Assembly: GCA_035084275.1 (NCBI GenBank)
Contig: CM068755.1
Span: 14,446,001-14,510,000, forward strand
Length of the DNA: 64,000 bases
Direction of reading: 5' to 3'
From: Hydrolagus colliei
Taxonomy: Eukaryota
Part shown: one piece after another, positions 61,622 through 64,000 of the stretch
How the letters are laid out: the number at the start of each line of letters is the position of its first letter
How positions within the stretch are numbered: the first letter of the stretch is position 1
Translations under genes and position numbers: made by a program
The notes under the pieces: generated by a model
The model's input: the letters and a program-made list of their open reading frames with translations, nothing else
What the model was told of the DNA's origin: nothing
Database searches by the model: none

Positions 61622-63740
61622 GTAAGAACCTTTATTTAAAATCTACAGTGCATCAGGCTTCATAGCTATCAGTGGCTATGCATGCTATTTTAAAAATTAA
61701 GAGCCCGCACAAGAGAGGCTTGTTCTTCTTTGTATCAAAGACTGCTGGTAATTCTATTGTCGTTCCTAAACATCAGGACTGCTGGGCCTACGCAGATGGA
61801 ATTGCTGATTAGAATATGGATCAAAACCTCAGCAATGAGTCCAGCAACATTTATTTTAAATACAATGTTAGTTGATGGGTGCTGTTGTTTTATTTTTATT
61901 TACTTCTCGATGTTGTTCAGTTTATTTGAGAGGGGATGGTGGGGGACTGGCTTCTCTTTGAGCAGTGAGGTACCTATGGGAATCCATTGGAAGCTCATCA
62001 GATCTGCTCTGTATATTTTGGGGCTTCCTGTCAAACCAGATTTGGGAATCAATGTTATTCCTCTTCACTGCTCCCCAGTAAGAAAAAAAGGAAATGCTGT
62101 TTGCAATGCAGGATTATCCCTCCATCCATAAAACAAGCAGACATGTTCGACTGAAGCTAAATGACTTAATACCTTATAATCCAGCAGGATCTTGCCATAG
62201 ACCAGTGTTATGGTAAACAATCTGTTGATTGGCATTCAACATATAATTTGGTTCTAATGACCACCGTTCCTCAGTTTTTTTGTTCTGTTTATGCAACAAG
62301 TCTGAGTTCTGGAAGAAATAATGTTAATACAACAATTTACATGTCTTACTTTGCTGACTTCGGAACAGCTTACTGCTGTGATTTTTAGTAGAGTGCTGTG
62401 TACGATATCACGTGAAGCTACCTGTGGAAATACCTGTGGAAATACAGTGATGAACTTAAAAGGGGCTAAACTTGATTCACTTTTTGAAATGTTGAGTGAA
62501 ATACTTATTTTTTAATGGATCCTTTTAGTTTTTCAATCTTTGTAAAACCATTCCTATAGGTGAAGCCATCAACCTCAGGTCTGCACTCCACACATTTAGT
62601 TTAAAGCCGTGTTTGCTATCTTGTAGTTGAGTGTAAATATAGAGACAAACTACTTTTGGCCAAAATTCAGGAGAAGCAAAGCTGAGGCCACAAAAAGAGC
62701 ACAGAGGCCTCATTGAAGACCATCAGTAGTCCTACTTGTTTCAAATCTGGGATCAGAAAGTGCAGTCAGTTTGAACCAAGATCAGATTTTTGAATAGGGG
62801 AGAAAACATTGGCCCATTCCCATGCCTAATTTGTTGGTTTTCACATTTGCTGGGTTATTACAAATAAACCATTGCAAAAAGGCCTTCAAAAATGTCTGGT
62901 CATCAGAGACACAATTTGTCTGCAAGCCATAAGGCTTTTTTCTCGAAAAGATTTTATTTTTAAATATAGTCTTTTTTCTCACTTAAAATGGGTTTGTAAG
63001 AAGGGAGCAGTTTAGGGTGACAAGCAAAGTTATTTTTAAGGCAGATTGACAGGAAGGTGCTGATTCTGCATTTTAGGCACCCATGGGTAAACTAAAATTA
63101 ATAGAACTTCTATCAGATGAGATTCTGGTATCCTGCTGTGAGCCTGGGTCCTATCACATCTGCTGTTGCAACTACTGTTTCATTTTTGACATTTGAAGGA
63201 GAATTGCAGTCAAACGGCATCTGTTCCTTTCAGGTTACTGTCTTGAATTAATTAGTCACTTGAGTCATGTTTATCATGTCTTTTTAAAAAAAAATGTTCT
63301 CTTGTATGGATTGTTCTGCAGTTATTCTTCCCACACCCATTATTTCAGGCTCCTAGAAATTGTGCTGTACACAATAATTAGTTATTAAATTTTGAATCTG
63401 ACTAGGATGTGTTTTCTTTCAAATGTCCCAAGTGAACCAGTAAATTCTGATTGTACAATTAGACGTAAAAATCAAAAATGTAAGATTTAGACTATTAACC
63501 TGCACCCAATATATAAATGCATGAGAGGCTCAAGTTAATAACATGTTTAAGGCGTCAGTTGTTCTTAAAAAAAAGTATACAAGTATAATTGATGAACTTC
63601 ATCTGAAAACTGTATTTAACATACTCCCAAGTTATTTTGTTTTCTTTTAAAAACCGAGAATGCGCTGTACAGCAGTAGTTTTTCAAAATAATTTTGCTCC
63701 CCTGAAATAGAAAGTTTCATATAAAAAATTATCCTGGTGA

Positions 63741-63802
63741 TTACAACAACAAAATTACATTTCTAGAACGCTTTTCACATCGGGAGGACATCCCAAGGCG
63801 CT
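63741..63802 (-). mobile_element. Ultra-short L2 tail insertion (similar at about 1159-1210, 9189-9243, 10638-10690, 36395-36453)
   Basis: - strand cagcgccttgggatgtcctcccgatgtgaaaagcg...aaatgtaattttgttgttg. Confidence 0.65.
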
Positions 63803-64000
63803 GATTAGGATTGCCAATGGACTCTGTGTGTTTATGGAGTAATTCATAGGGAACCTGACGACTAAAGGCGATGATGAGTGAATGTAGATTTTCAAAAAAT
63901 AATGCAAGATTTGTATTTAGTAGATAGCTAGCTTTGTTTGACAATAGTGGAAATGAGCCATTGTCACCCTTTTTGTTTGTGAATGAAAACAAATATTTTT

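Noticed and set aside
1-64000. CRISPR-like or prokaryotic defence system suggested by recurring short repeats
   Set aside because: Repeats are dispersed SINE/LINE tails and MITEs in vertebrate introns; no regular repeat-spacer array or operon

Overview
Eukaryotic (vertebrate) genomic DNA with spliced genes, so most entries in the ORF track are exon fragments or noise. The window holds the conserved MINDY2-SLTM-RNF111 block. It contains the last three coding exons and 3' UTR of MINDY2/FAM63B (+, 617-2106). It contains a complete SLTM gene (-, 20 coding exons, 27033 to 7152, 3123 nt, 1040 aa, all intron phases consistent). A CpG-rich head-to-head promoter follows at about 26.7-29.1 kb, then the first three exons of RNF111/Arkadia (+). 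Introns carry tRNA/Deu-type SINEs, L2 and CR1 LINE 3' fragments, a TA-flanked Tigger/pogo-like MITE family and one hAT-like MITE. This repeat set suggests a cartilaginous fish (inference). The main leads are: inverted MITEs bracketing RNF111 exon 2 (circRNA-type architecture), a GAAGA-rich candidate poison exon in SLTM, a MITE inserted into an SLTM splice acceptor with a private branch-point-like change, a long-hairpin MITE variant, and stacked uORFs in the RNF111 leader. I see no evidence for a novel multi-gene system. Homology calls are from recognition of the translations, not from database searches.
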